Source: a virus
Lineage: Duplodnaviria; Caudoviricetes
Length of the DNA: 64,000 nucleotides
Reading direction: 5' to 3' (one strand)
Virus record (IMG/VR): IMGVR_UViG_3300010344_001170
Coordinates: 15,078 to 79,077 of that record
Part shown: in pieces, positions 49,601-58,154 of the stretch
Position numbering within the stretch: the first letter of the stretch is position 1
Layout of the letters: every line of letters starts with the position of its first letter
Notes under the pieces: generated by a model
Seen by the model: only the letters and a program-made list of their open reading frames with translations
What the model was told of the DNA's origin: nothing
The model's database searches: none
Made by a program: the position numbers and the translations under genes

Positions 49601-51349
49601 TATCGTGAAGATGGAATTACAGAAGGAGGAGACGGTAATGGATTCAAAATGGGTCCTTTAGTAGCAGATCCTTGGACTGGATTCGAAACTGAACACAAAC
49701 GTACAATGACCAATTGTATTGCATTTAATAACAGAATGAATGGATTTGATCAAAATGCGGCCTTATGTGTTATGCATTTTTACAATTGTGCTGCATTCGG
49801 AAATGGCAATCATGGATTTGTGATGAACAACAATTCTACTATTTACATGATTGCGCGTAACAATATATCATACAAAAATGCTAAAGGAGCTGCATACTTC
49901 ACTTCTATTTCTACTGTTGATCATAATACATTCACATATAATAATGGAGTTAATCCAGCTTATTCTGTAACTGATGCTGATTTTGTTAGCATAAATCCAG
50001 CAGGAATGGATGGCGCTCGTCAAGCTGATGGAAGTTTACCAAACCTTAATTTCTTGAAACTAGCTCAAGGTTCCGACTTAATTGAAACTGGAATCGACGT
50101 TGGTTTACCTTATAAAGGGATTGCACCTGATTTAGGGCCCTTTGAATCTAATTATAATGCAACTTTACCAATATTAAATACAACAACTATGACTGATGTA
50201 ACGAAGAATTCGGCTGTTACTGGAGGAAATGTCACTAGTGACGGAGGTTCTCCAATTATAGCTAAGGGAGTATGTTGGAATACATCTCCGAATCCTACAC
50301 TTTCTAATTTCTTCACTGATGAAGGAGCAGGAAGTGGAATTTTTACAAGTAATCTCACTGGCTTGACACCTAATACAACGTATTATGTTCGGGCGTATGC
50401 TACCAACGCTGTTGGGACCTCTTATGGAGAGGAATTATCATTTAATACACTAAAAGAATTATTCTTAGCAACTGTTACAACCAAAGCAGTTACAGATATA
50501 ACACAAATATCTGCAGTTTGCGGTGGTAATGTAACTTCTGATGGAAATGCAGAGGTTACTTCTAGAGGAGTTTGCTGGAATACAACTGGAAATCCTACAA
50601 CTGGTGATAACATTGTTTATAGTGGTAATGGTGTTGGAGAATTTACTAGCACATTAGCTAGCTTATCTCCAAATACTACATACTATGCCAGAGCATTTGC
50701 TATCAATAGTGTAGGTATTGCTTATGGAGAAGAAGTTATTTTCACAACACTTAAACAAATGCAATTACCTGTTGTTACAACTTCAGCCATCATAAACATT
50801 ACACAAACATCTGCGCAAGGTGGGGGTAATGTAACTTTTGATGGATTTGATTTTGTTGCGGCGAAAGGAGTGGTTTGGAACACTTCACCAAGTCCTACTA
50901 TTGAAGATAATAAAACCAATGATGGAACTGGAACTGGAGAATTCTCCAGTTCCTTTTCAGGTTTATCACCAAATACATATTACTATGCAAGAGCCTATGC
51001 AGAGAATTCGGTAGGAATAGCTTATGGAGATGAAAAATCATTTAAAACTGAAGAAGTTGTTAATGAAATATTAGTATATCCGAATCCAGTTCCAATATAT
51101 ACAGATAGATTTACCATAGAAGTCTTAATTCCTAATTTTGATTCAACACGTGTTTACATTTACGATATTATAGGAAAATTACGTTATACAGAGAAAATGA
51201 ATTGTTGTATTAGAAATTTCTTTGAAGGTCACGATAGAAATCAAGCGATTATAAATAAAAACAAAGCTAAATTAACTCCTGGAGTTTATATTATAAAGGT
51301 TATTAATAAGAGAAAAGTTTATGCCACTGGTAAATTAATTATATTGTAA
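46643..51349 (+). CDS. Secreted modular polysaccharide lyase: beta-helix, 2x PL9, 3x FN3-like repeats, T9SS CTD
   Basis: Signal peptide; NSDDGID..GFKLG and NSDDGFD..GFKMG; three PNTTYY.RAYA.N..G..YG repeats; VYPNP..IYDIIGK..PGVYIIKV..KLIIL. Confidence 0.85.
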   Translation: MIKKLVFVLTFLLTFLTNFAQMADLTYQGQTYVNNETGVWTGVNVPRTSPTNFKFLYNSLTSVNVQGYMLQAGDEGVNAYNGNLNGELIQGNQFIWNGNFSGLGTSMTITHGVFTGCNINVNIKHNYLYRVPMGIIRKSASSMVNTSGGVSYNILKTFNVGGVVKGMSGVKWYNNTFYQDRPTYSSSDPTAGTWRGAIDVYTNTDVTPNSISHGTKIKNNIFYSKYKTLAINVMDAASLTDFECDYNVYWVEEGDHKPVFNAGGTTKTWDQWRAMGYDAHSVVMNPNFIDFVNFVPATRLDYGTDLGSEFNTGLSTTAVWTVGSMPATTVQNGTWQVGARIYAATPVVPTSPYFVAPNGNDATGDGTIDKPWFTLNKAWSYVKAGETVYMRGGTYAYHQQQRLTGKNGTSTSRIKLLAYNGERPIITRGDPYTYPGWPHAIIYFTANYADVKGLDVSGVSQPASSPDMHEPFRAYGCNYCTFELLDIHHNGAGFQLTNSNQCYVINSDFHHNQDPYTTSAGAYGNADGMGIDGTNPNAINYVIGCRFWYNSDDGIDGWAEEGTIVIENCWAFWNGFIPDTWNKGGDGSGFKLGKTDAIVPTIVKRKLYNNISFQNKKWGFLDNGIQCNAELYNNTAIENGYKNLDSWAGGFNFTLVPTTKFFIKNNIAYKNNITQVSIGDDTNVDHNTWDLSVTVTDADFVSIIPTGVDGPRQADGSLPNLTYLKLAQGSDLINKGVDVGLPYKSTAPDLGAYESDYSSVPVSPYFIAPNGNDTTGDGTIDHPWFTINKAWSYIKPGEIIYMRGGTYYYNETQNLTVKTGTVGNMLKLYAYQGERVIIRPSATYTATRGVYVRSNFVHMKGPMEICYYEQMTPTEWYNGITAYSSNDCIFEQIDVHHNGFGFSIGGISTRNLVLNSDFHHNYDPITAITTNVPYGGSDGLTIRVADPSSVNTMKGCRMWNNSDDGFDGWYNSGMLIFEDCWSFNNGYREDGITEGGDGNGFKMGPLVADPWTGFETEHKRTMTNCIAFNNRMNGFDQNAALCVMHFYNCAAFGNGNHGFVMNNNSTIYMIARNNISYKNAKGAAYFTSISTVDHNTFTYNNGVNPAYSVTDADFVSINPAGMDGARQADGSLPNLNFLKLAQGSDLIETGIDVGLPYKGIAPDLGPFESNYNATLPILNTTTMTDVTKNSAVTGGNVTSDGGSPIIAKGVCWNTSPNPTLSNFFTDEGAGSGIFTSNLTGLTPNTTYYVRAYATNAVGTSYGEELSFNTLKELFLATVTTKAVTDITQISAVCGGNVTSDGNAEVTSRGVCWNTTGNPTTGDNIVYSGNGVGEFTSTLASLSPNTTYYARAFAINSVGIAYGEEVIFTTLKQMQLPVVTTSAIINITQTSAQGGGNVTFDGFDFVAAKGVVWNTSPSPTIEDNKTNDGTGTGEFSSSFSGLSPNTYYYARAYAENSVGIAYGDEKSFKTEEVVNEILVYPNPVPIYTDRFTIEVLIPNFDSTRVYIYDIIGKLRYTEKMNCCIRNFFEGHDRNQAIINKNKAKLTPGVYIIKVINKRKVYATGKLIIL

Positions 51350-51350
51350 A

Positions 51351-51377
51351 AAGGAGGTCTTAAACCTCCTTTTTTTC
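51351..51377. terminator. Terminator between convergent genes
   Basis: AAGGAGG/CCTCCTT stem plus T run. Confidence 0.7.
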
Positions 51378-52190
51378 CTTTAGCCAAGGAACCTCAAATT
51401 TGTGAATTTTAACATCGAGCTTTCTTACATCCACATTATTTTCTGGAACATTAAATAGCATTATAGCGGTTTCTCCTTCTTTCCAATTTTCCCATCTTTC
51501 AACAGCTTTATTAATTAATTCTTTTGGAAAGTGATTCTTTGCACTCCAATTAACTAATTTCTTTCTAATATCTCTTCGAATCCAAGCTGCGTGACCCATT
51601 CTAATCACTTCATCAGGAAATACATATGTTCCTAAATTTGATGGGTTTAAAATCCTTCTAGTAGGATCTGTAGGTCCTGGGGCTGGTCCATTATACGTAT
51701 ATTTAAAGAATGTAGAATGAATTCCAGGAACAAATGGTCTAAATGGATAAACTAAATAATGTTCAAAATCTTTATAGTAGTTTACATAACTCCAATATGT
51801 AATACCCCATCCTATTTCGTTTATTTGTTTTTTGGCTTCTCGAAATTGGTCCTTATCATAAAATTCGTCTGCATCAATATTTAAAACATGGGAGCATCCT
51901 CGTTGTGCAGCCAATTCAATTCCTTGATTTCTTTTTTCACATTCTTGTTCTCGAGAATATTTGTTGAAATTTGGTTTAAATTCAATTAGTTCATCAACAA
52001 GGCCAAGTGACTTTAAACGCATCAACTCATCCATGTCTGTTTTTGACATTGGATTCCCCCAATAAGATTTCTTTTGGTAAATAGCGGCAACCCAATCTAC
52101 TTGATCTCGAATTTCAGTAATTAATTGATCTAATAATTCGGACGCGTCAAATGCATTTATTGTTAGCCCTAATTTTTTAATTTTTCCCAT
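51360..52190 (-). CDS. GT-A fold (GT2-like) glycosyltransferase
   Basis: KRNQGIELA..SHVLNIDADEFY (DxD motif). Confidence 0.7.
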   Translation of the reverse strand: MGKIKKLGLTINAFDASELLDQLITEIRDQVDWVAAIYQKKSYWGNPMSKTDMDELMRLKSLGLVDELIEFKPNFNKYSREQECEKRNQGIELAAQRGCSHVLNIDADEFYDKDQFREAKKQINEIGWGITYWSYVNYYKDFEHYLVYPFRPFVPGIHSTFFKYTYNGPAPGPTDPTRRILNPSNLGTYVFPDEVIRMGHAAWIRRDIRKKLVNWSAKNHFPKELINKAVERWENWKEGETAIMLFNVPENNVDVRKLDVKIHKFEVPWLKEKKEV

Positions 52191-52456
52191 TATGAAATAT
52201 TCTTTAGTTTTTTATTTATATCTTTATCCCCTAAACTTGTAAATAATATTTTTCTGATTCTTTTTTCTATTTCTTTTCGTTCTCTTCGTATCTTATGTGT
52301 GCTTATAATCAATTTAATTACAAATATCCAAGCTACTACCAAAAGAATTATGAACAAAATTGTAAATATATGGCAGTAAGTTGGGTCTTCTATTTTTAAG
52401 TAATAATTAGGTAAATCATACGCTGATTCATACATTTGTTTTAATAACTCGATCAT
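52190..52456 (-). CDS. Small single-TM protein
   Basis: ORF. Confidence 0.55.
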   Translation of the reverse strand: MIELLKQMYESAYDLPNYYLKIEDPTYCHIFTILFIILLVVAWIFVIKLIISTHKIRRERKEIEKRIRKILFTSLGDKDINKKLKNIS

Positions 52457-52841
52457 CTGAGTGGTTAATTTGAGCTAGTTCGTGTTGATATTTAGCAAAA
52501 TCAATATCAGCACTATACATAACATCGATCACCGGGGATTGTTCTAAAATCCAAGGTGCTATTAAGGTTCCATAATAATATCTATAAGCTTCTGCTATAT
52601 CTTTATTTTTTCTTTTTTTACAAAGTTTGCCCATTTTTTTCATTATTAATCCCATGGGCTTTTTGGTAGATTCAATTTTTTTCGTTATAAACCATCTACT
52701 ATTTTTTTCTTCATAGTATATGGCAGATTCGATCCTTTTTCCAAACATAGCAACCATGTCATCAATGTTATATTGATGCTTGGGTATTATTGTTTTAATA
52801 TGTAAATTAAGTTCTCTAATGCCCACGTTTTCTGTTTTCAT
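52428..52841 (-). CDS. Hypothetical protein
   Basis: ORF. Confidence 0.5.
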   Translation of the reverse strand: MKTENVGIRELNLHIKTIIPKHQYNIDDMVAMFGKRIESAIYYEEKNSRWFITKKIESTKKPMGLIMKKMGKLCKKRKNKDIAEAYRYYYGTLIAPWILEQSPVIDVMYSADIDFAKYQHELAQINHSDDRVIKTNV

Positions 52842-52989
52842 AAAGATCAAAATAACAATCTTGACATAATTGTCCTACACCTTCGATATAGTAATCTCTA
52901 TAGTCTATGTGTAGATCTTTTGGAACATTTGTTTCCTTTTTACAAAGGACACATTTTTCCATTTCTGTTTTTTCTTCTTCCTTTTTCAT
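52816..52989 (-). CDS. 57-aa zinc-finger protein (not in ORF track)
   Basis: MKKEEEKTEMEKCVLCKKETNVPKDLHIDYRDYYIEGVGQLCQDCYFDLYENRKRGH*; CxxC...CxxC; start overlaps thyA stop. Confidence 0.7.
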   Translation of the reverse strand: MKKEEEKTEMEKCVLCKKETNVPKDLHIDYRDYYIEGVGQLCQDCYFDLYENRKRGH

Positions 52990-53933
52990 ACTGCTACTGG
53001 TACATCTTTCCAGTTTGGATGCGCATCATAGTTCTGAAGTTCAAAATCATTTGGTTCAAATTCCCAAAATCCTTTGTTTGGATTTAATTTCATAATTGGT
53101 TCAGAAGCTTTTGATGAACGACCAAGCTGTTTATATATGTATTCCAAATGATTTTCATATATGTGAACATCTCCTGCTGATATCGTTAGAGTTCCTGGTA
53201 TCATATCAACTTCTTGAGCTAACATTAACAATAATATAGCGTAAGAAGATATATTAAATGGGCCGCCTAAGAAAATATCCCATGAACGAATATTCATTTT
53301 CAAATTTAATCTTCTTTTTTCTTCATTAGGATATTGACGAGATTCGCACTGAAAACTCCAATGACATGGTGGTAAAGCCATTTCTGAAATTTGTGCCACA
53401 TTCCAGGCATTTACAATCATTCTCCTATCATCAGGATTTTTCTTTAATGTATCTATAAGATTTTGAATTTGATTTATCTCTAAAGGAATTTCCATTCCAG
53501 GCCCGCTTATTGCGTCAATCCAACGAGTTTTATAATCTCTCCATGCAACCCATTGATGACCATAAACGGGTCCTAATTCTCCAGTTTTATCATCACCCCA
53601 TTCATCCCAAATTGAGACACCATATTTTTCTTTTAACACATGTTTATTGGTTGATCCTGACAAGAACCATAATAATTCGCCAATAACAGATTTAAGATGA
53701 ATCCTTTTGGTTGTTAATAATGGAAATTTATTGGCTACATCATGAAACTCTACTTGTGGTCCAAAAATAGAAATAGTTTTCACTCCAGTTCGATTGGTTT
53801 TCCAAACCCCTTCTTCAAGAATTTGAATTAAAAGTTTATGATATTGATAATCAGCCCAATTTAAATTTGACGCACTAAAACTAGGTAAAGCTTCTACTGG
53901 AAACTTATCTCCATGAAATACGTTTTTAATCAT
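52986..53933 (-). CDS. thyA: Thymidylate synthase
   Basis: RTGV.T, FPLLTTK, ELLWFL.GSTN, GPVYG.QW, MALPPCH, RSWD.FLG.PFNI, GDVHIY.NH. Confidence 0.95.
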   Translation of the reverse strand: MIKNVFHGDKFPVEALPSFSASNLNWADYQYHKLLIQILEEGVWKTNRTGVKTISIFGPQVEFHDVANKFPLLTTKRIHLKSVIGELLWFLSGSTNKHVLKEKYGVSIWDEWGDDKTGELGPVYGHQWVAWRDYKTRWIDAISGPGMEIPLEINQIQNLIDTLKKNPDDRRMIVNAWNVAQISEMALPPCHWSFQCESRQYPNEEKRRLNLKMNIRSWDIFLGGPFNISSYAILLLMLAQEVDMIPGTLTISAGDVHIYENHLEYIYKQLGRSSKASEPIMKLNPNKGFWEFEPNDFELQNYDAHPNWKDVPVAV

Positions 53934-53940
53934 AAAATGT

Positions 53941-54627
53941 TTATTGATTATATGATTTAATGATCTTTTTGTTTTTAAGAGTTTCACTTATTTTTCGTTT
54001 AACTTCTTCTGACCATCTTTTCCCAGTATTATGAGGGGACTTACCGAACATAGGATTTTTACTTCCTTTTTTAGATTCAGATAATTTTGATTTATGTTCT
54101 TTAGAAAATCTTTTCCCTTTGTGAGATTCTTTCATTTTTTCAATTGTCTCCTTTGTGTGTTTTCTACCTTTATTTTTTTCTCGAATTTTTCTTTTTGTTT
54201 CTTCTGAATGTTGCTTATTATAAAAACCATTTTTCTCACCAGAAATTGCTTCACTAATTTTTTGACGAACTTCAGGTTTATTTAGTGTTTCGGTTACAGA
54301 TTTTCTAATTTTTTGTTTTGTTATTTCGCTGTGTACGCCCCAAGATTTTCCAGTTATTCCAGAACCGCCAATTTCAGAAATATTATATCCATTTGGAGAT
54401 AAAGTATTTAGAGTGTGAATATAGTGTTCCTCTAGACGTCGTGCTTCTTCAATAGATTCGCATTCTTGTAAAATTTCTCTCTTAAAATTATTTCTTCCAT
54501 ATTTTCGTATTGCTAAATGAAGAGCTTTGCCACTCCCTAAATAATTATCATTTAAATTATTAGTATAATGACTTCCGATATACTGTTTGCCATTGACTAA
54601 ATTAGTAGTTAGATATACAAAATTCAT
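53941..54627 (-). mobile_element. GIY-YIG homing endonuclease
   Basis: [21 protein letters not shown]; several HSEETK NUMOD3-like repeats. Confidence 0.85.
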
Positions 54628-54662
54628 TTTATTTTATATATCTAAGGTTGCCAATAGATTAG

Positions 54663-57266
54663 TTATTTGGGGCTCCAATAATAAACGCCTCCGCTCTTGG
54701 TTGTATCGAATTCAAAAATAAATTGTCCACTCTTCAATGAAGCCGCAACTTTTGCTCCAACTTGGTCTCCAATTATCTTGGAAATTTCTGCCCAGTCTTC
54801 TTGTTTTGCTGGTAAAGATCCAGATGCAGCTGCAGCTACTGTAGAAGAAACACTTGAAGCCGGAGCAACTGTTTCTGAAGCAGGCGCATTTGTAAATACA
54901 ATTCTTGAACCGGCTGATGCTGTTTTATCAAGTATTTGAGCTAACTTTTCTGCATTTAATTTATCAACGTTAACAGCAAGTAATCCAATTCCTTCAGCTA
55001 ATTGAGATACTGTTGTGGTCATCTTAGTTAAGCCATCCATTGATGTAGATAATTTACTGAGCTGTTCTATTAATTTGTCGTATTTTCCAATAGCTTTAGA
55101 AGCGTCTTTAACTGTTCCTTTAGTTTCTAGTTTATCAGCTAATGTATCAGAGAATGTCGTAAGAGCTTCAACTATATTATCCGCAATGTCACCCATTTTA
55201 AGAGTTTTTGGTCTGCCATTAATCATAACAGGTTGGCCCTTTTCATCTAAAACAGGCATTTCATTATTTTCTCCAAATTTAGCAAATAAATCTAAAACGT
55301 TTGCAAATTCCACAACTGCTCCAAGAATACCGTGTTTACCAACTAAAGCTTTGGACATTCTCTTCATTCGACGTTTTTGTCTTCCAGAAATTCCAGCTTC
55401 ATCTGGTTCTCCATCTCCAAATTCATCTTCTGATTTATTGAATAATCTATTAGTGAAATATAAGAATGAACTTATTACATTATCGACAACTTTTTCGGCT
55501 TTAACTTTTTTGTGAATTTCATTTCCTTTGTCGTCATAATCAACATATCCAATTTCATTGGCTTCTCCAAAGGCCGCATATGTTTTTAATGCATCTGCAA
55601 ATTGAATAACTGCTGTTAAAATACCACGTCGACCAGTTAAAGCTCTAGCCATTTTTCTAATAGCTCCTGCTTGTCTTCTAGTTAATCCATCTGTTGAATC
55701 AATTAAAGCTTGTAAGAATGTAGAAATAGAATAGCTAATGTTGTCTGCAACTTTTGTAACGTTTACATTTTCTCCGAATATAGGTTTGCCATTGTTATCA
55801 TATCCTTCGATGATACGCATATTCTCAAGTTGAGCGAAAGCAGTAATGGCTTTTGCAAACATCGATAGAGCTAATGACATTGACATTAGGACACTTACGC
55901 CTGCGAATATTTTAGCACTATTCTTAATAAACGCAGCTATCCCTGCGGGTCCCCGTTTGCCTTCAGAAAGGCTTGATAAACCACCAATAAATCCATCAAT
56001 GGTTCCACCGATTAAATGCGTAAGAACTGCTCCAATATCTTCTCCAGCAAGTTCTTTTCCAGTTTTCACTAATTTTCCAACGCTAGTTGCCATTAAAATC
56101 AAAGCAACACTCATTAACATCATTGTTATAGCGCCAGATTTAATTAAACCTGAAAAACCAGGAATTCCTAATATTGCAAATAAAGCAACTGCTGAAAGCA
56201 TTATCAATCCCATTGTACCAAGACCTCTAAGAATTTCTTTCTTTCCTTCATCCTTTTCGGATTTTTCTGCATCTTTTCCAGTAAATCCTGTGGACAACAT
56301 TTTAGCTACTTGAGCCATTCCAATTATGGCTACACTAAATACTGCAAGACCTAATGACATCCAAACGATGGACATAAATCCTTTCTTAGTAACATTTCCA
56401 GCAAGGCTTAAAATGCCATACATTAGTGTCATTGCGGCAACAATACCCAACATTATTAACAAGCTTCCCGCTATTGTTCCTCCAGATTCTCCTCCTAATA
56501 TTGCAGGTAAAAATCTTATAGTTAATGCAAATGATAAAATACCAATAGACAACGCAATCATTCCAAGTCCCATTTCAGCTATAGTGCTTACACCCCCTTT
56601 AACTATTTTATGGGCTAAATATAACGCTCCAAACATTACTATAAATCCTATAACTGTGATTCCTAAGAATAATAAAACGTCTGTTGGTTTTCCTAATTTA
56701 AGAATAGCTGCTGTTAATAACAAAGCTCCTGCGAATCCTAAAATTCCTAAACCTAAATATAAGAATCCCAGTGAAATTTCTTTTATAGGTTTTGATATTT
56801 CTTGTAATGATTTTCCTATTTTACTAAATAAATCGATAGCTTTTTCAACCCTTCTTGCATGACGTCCATCACCCATTTCATGCATAAATTCATATAGCTT
56901 TCTTAATGTTGCTATACCTGCGTCAACACGTTTTTGTTGTAAGTTTCCTAATTCTTTTAAGTTTTTAACTAAATTTGGAAGTGCTGCAGAAATTTTAACC
57001 ATTCCTTCTGCAAATGAACTAAAGTTTTTACCTTTATCTTTTTCTGTGATTTTCGAAATATCCTTCATAAAACTGATGAAGGATTTTTTGGTTGATTCCT
57101 TTACTGTTCCAAAAGATACTAATGATGTCGCCATCGATAAAGCCCCTTTGATGCCTCCAGGAATAGTTCCTCCTGCAGTTCCAGGCTTTTGATCACCCAT
57201 CTTTTTTTCGATTTTTGATACAGTGGTTAATATCCCCTGTAATAGCTCATTAGCATTTTTAGCCAT
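54663..57266 (-). CDS. Probable tape measure protein
   Basis: Long helical Ala/Gly/Leu-rich protein with hydrophobic stretches, downstream of sheath-tube-chaperone genes. Confidence 0.65.
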   Translation of the reverse strand: MAKNANELLQGILTTVSKIEKKMGDQKPGTAGGTIPGGIKGALSMATSLVSFGTVKESTKKSFISFMKDISKITEKDKGKNFSSFAEGMVKISAALPNLVKNLKELGNLQQKRVDAGIATLRKLYEFMHEMGDGRHARRVEKAIDLFSKIGKSLQEISKPIKEISLGFLYLGLGILGFAGALLLTAAILKLGKPTDVLLFLGITVIGFIVMFGALYLAHKIVKGGVSTIAEMGLGMIALSIGILSFALTIRFLPAILGGESGGTIAGSLLIMLGIVAAMTLMYGILSLAGNVTKKGFMSIVWMSLGLAVFSVAIIGMAQVAKMLSTGFTGKDAEKSEKDEGKKEILRGLGTMGLIMLSAVALFAILGIPGFSGLIKSGAITMMLMSVALILMATSVGKLVKTGKELAGEDIGAVLTHLIGGTIDGFIGGLSSLSEGKRGPAGIAAFIKNSAKIFAGVSVLMSMSLALSMFAKAITAFAQLENMRIIEGYDNNGKPIFGENVNVTKVADNISYSISTFLQALIDSTDGLTRRQAGAIRKMARALTGRRGILTAVIQFADALKTYAAFGEANEIGYVDYDDKGNEIHKKVKAEKVVDNVISSFLYFTNRLFNKSEDEFGDGEPDEAGISGRQKRRMKRMSKALVGKHGILGAVVEFANVLDLFAKFGENNEMPVLDEKGQPVMINGRPKTLKMGDIADNIVEALTTFSDTLADKLETKGTVKDASKAIGKYDKLIEQLSKLSTSMDGLTKMTTTVSQLAEGIGLLAVNVDKLNAEKLAQILDKTASAGSRIVFTNAPASETVAPASSVSSTVAAAASGSLPAKQEDWAEISKIIGDQVGAKVAASLKSGQFIFEFDTTKSGGVYYWSPK

Positions 57267-57303
57267 TCAATAGGAATTTTATTTATATATCCTTATAAAA
57301 AGA

Positions 57304-57328
57304 AAAAGTGCCGCTTGGGCACTTTCCT
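57304..57328 (-). terminator. Terminator-like hairpin
   Basis: AAAGTGCC/GGCACTTT. Confidence 0.55.
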
Positions 57329-57799
57329 TTAATGTTTCTCGAACGCTTCAAAAACCGCATCGATAATTTCATCTAGGGAATCGAATATGGTTATTTCTGG
57401 TCTTGCTAATTGAGTTTGAATCCTGACATCTTGTTGTCTTTCATATTCAGGATCAAGTCCTATTAATATTGGTCTTTGACTTGAAAGACCCCATTTCCCT
57501 AATTCAAAAAGAACTATTGGATTTAAGGATCCTCTAGAAAACCAATAGATAATAATATCGGCATCGCGTAAATGATTAAATTCCCATGTTATTTGTTGTT
57601 CAGCAGCATTAGGATCTCCAATTGGAAAATTGGCTCTTCTAGGATTATAGATTGTAAGATTTGGAATATCTTTTAGCTGATCTAATACTTCTTTTTGCCA
57701 ATCAGGACAATTTGTAATCCCTCCAGCTAAGAACATTTTTACATTTCCATTATTTTCTAATGAATAAACTTCATTTGGAGCTTCAATTATTAATGCCAT
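57329..57799 (-). CDS. Nucleoside 2-deoxyribosyltransferase-like protein
   Basis: FLAGGI..WQ..YNPRR..QITWE..AD..YWF..PIVLFELG. Confidence 0.75.
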   Translation of the reverse strand: MALIIEAPNEVYSLENNGNVKMFLAGGITNCPDWQKEVLDQLKDIPNLTIYNPRRANFPIGDPNAAEQQITWEFNHLRDADIIIYWFSRGSLNPIVLFELGKWGLSSQRPILIGLDPEYERQQDVRIQTQLARPEITIFDSLDEIIDAVFEAFEKH

Positions 57800-57800
57800 A

Positions 57801-58154
57801 TTATCTTAATTTAGGTGGTGAAATTTTAGGTAAATCTATTTTTGGTGTTTTAAATCCACCATAATTAGTATTTCCGGTTTTATAGTCACTCATTTTAGGT
57901 GTTTGAGTTTTATATTGCTTTTCATACTCTTTCTGTTGTTTCTTATATTGCTTTTCTTCTTCGTCTAAGGCTTCTTCGAAGTTTTTAAGCATGTATTCAA
58001 TTCTATAGAACTCCATCTGATCCAAGTCTAATGGAGTCAGATGAAGTCTATAAGTACAAATAAATTCGATCTTAAACCAATTCTCCGAATGGATCTGAAA
58101 TAAGGAAAATAGATTTAATCCCGCCTTGAAAGGAAAGCGGCACGGTGCGCTCAC
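57801..58154 (-). CDS. Tail/baseplate-hub chaperone second frame (candidate frameshift extension)
   Basis: ENWFKIEF..LDQMEFYRIEYML..EEE; only a GTG start inside the upstream gene. Confidence 0.55.
   Translation of the reverse strand: MSAPCRFPFKAGLNLFSLFQIHSENWFKIEFICTYRLHLTPLDLDQMEFYRIEYMLKNFEEALDEEEKQYKKQQKEYEKQYKTQTPKMSDYKTGNTNYGGFKTPKIDLPKISPPKLR

Noticed and set aside
44745-51349. Host contamination explaining the T9SS genes
   Set aside because: Co-oriented and tightly packed after leader-tagged phage genes, similar AT richness, no host housekeeping or mobile-element borders; read-level confirmation is still needed
52986-54627. Group I intron in thyA
   Set aside because: thyA is continuous; the endonuclease is upstream and free-standing. 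The track's overlapping N-terminal extension is an over-long start call
54697-56862. Several long plus-strand ORFs opposite the tape measure gene
   Set aside because: Shadow ORFs with no motifs, starts or promoters
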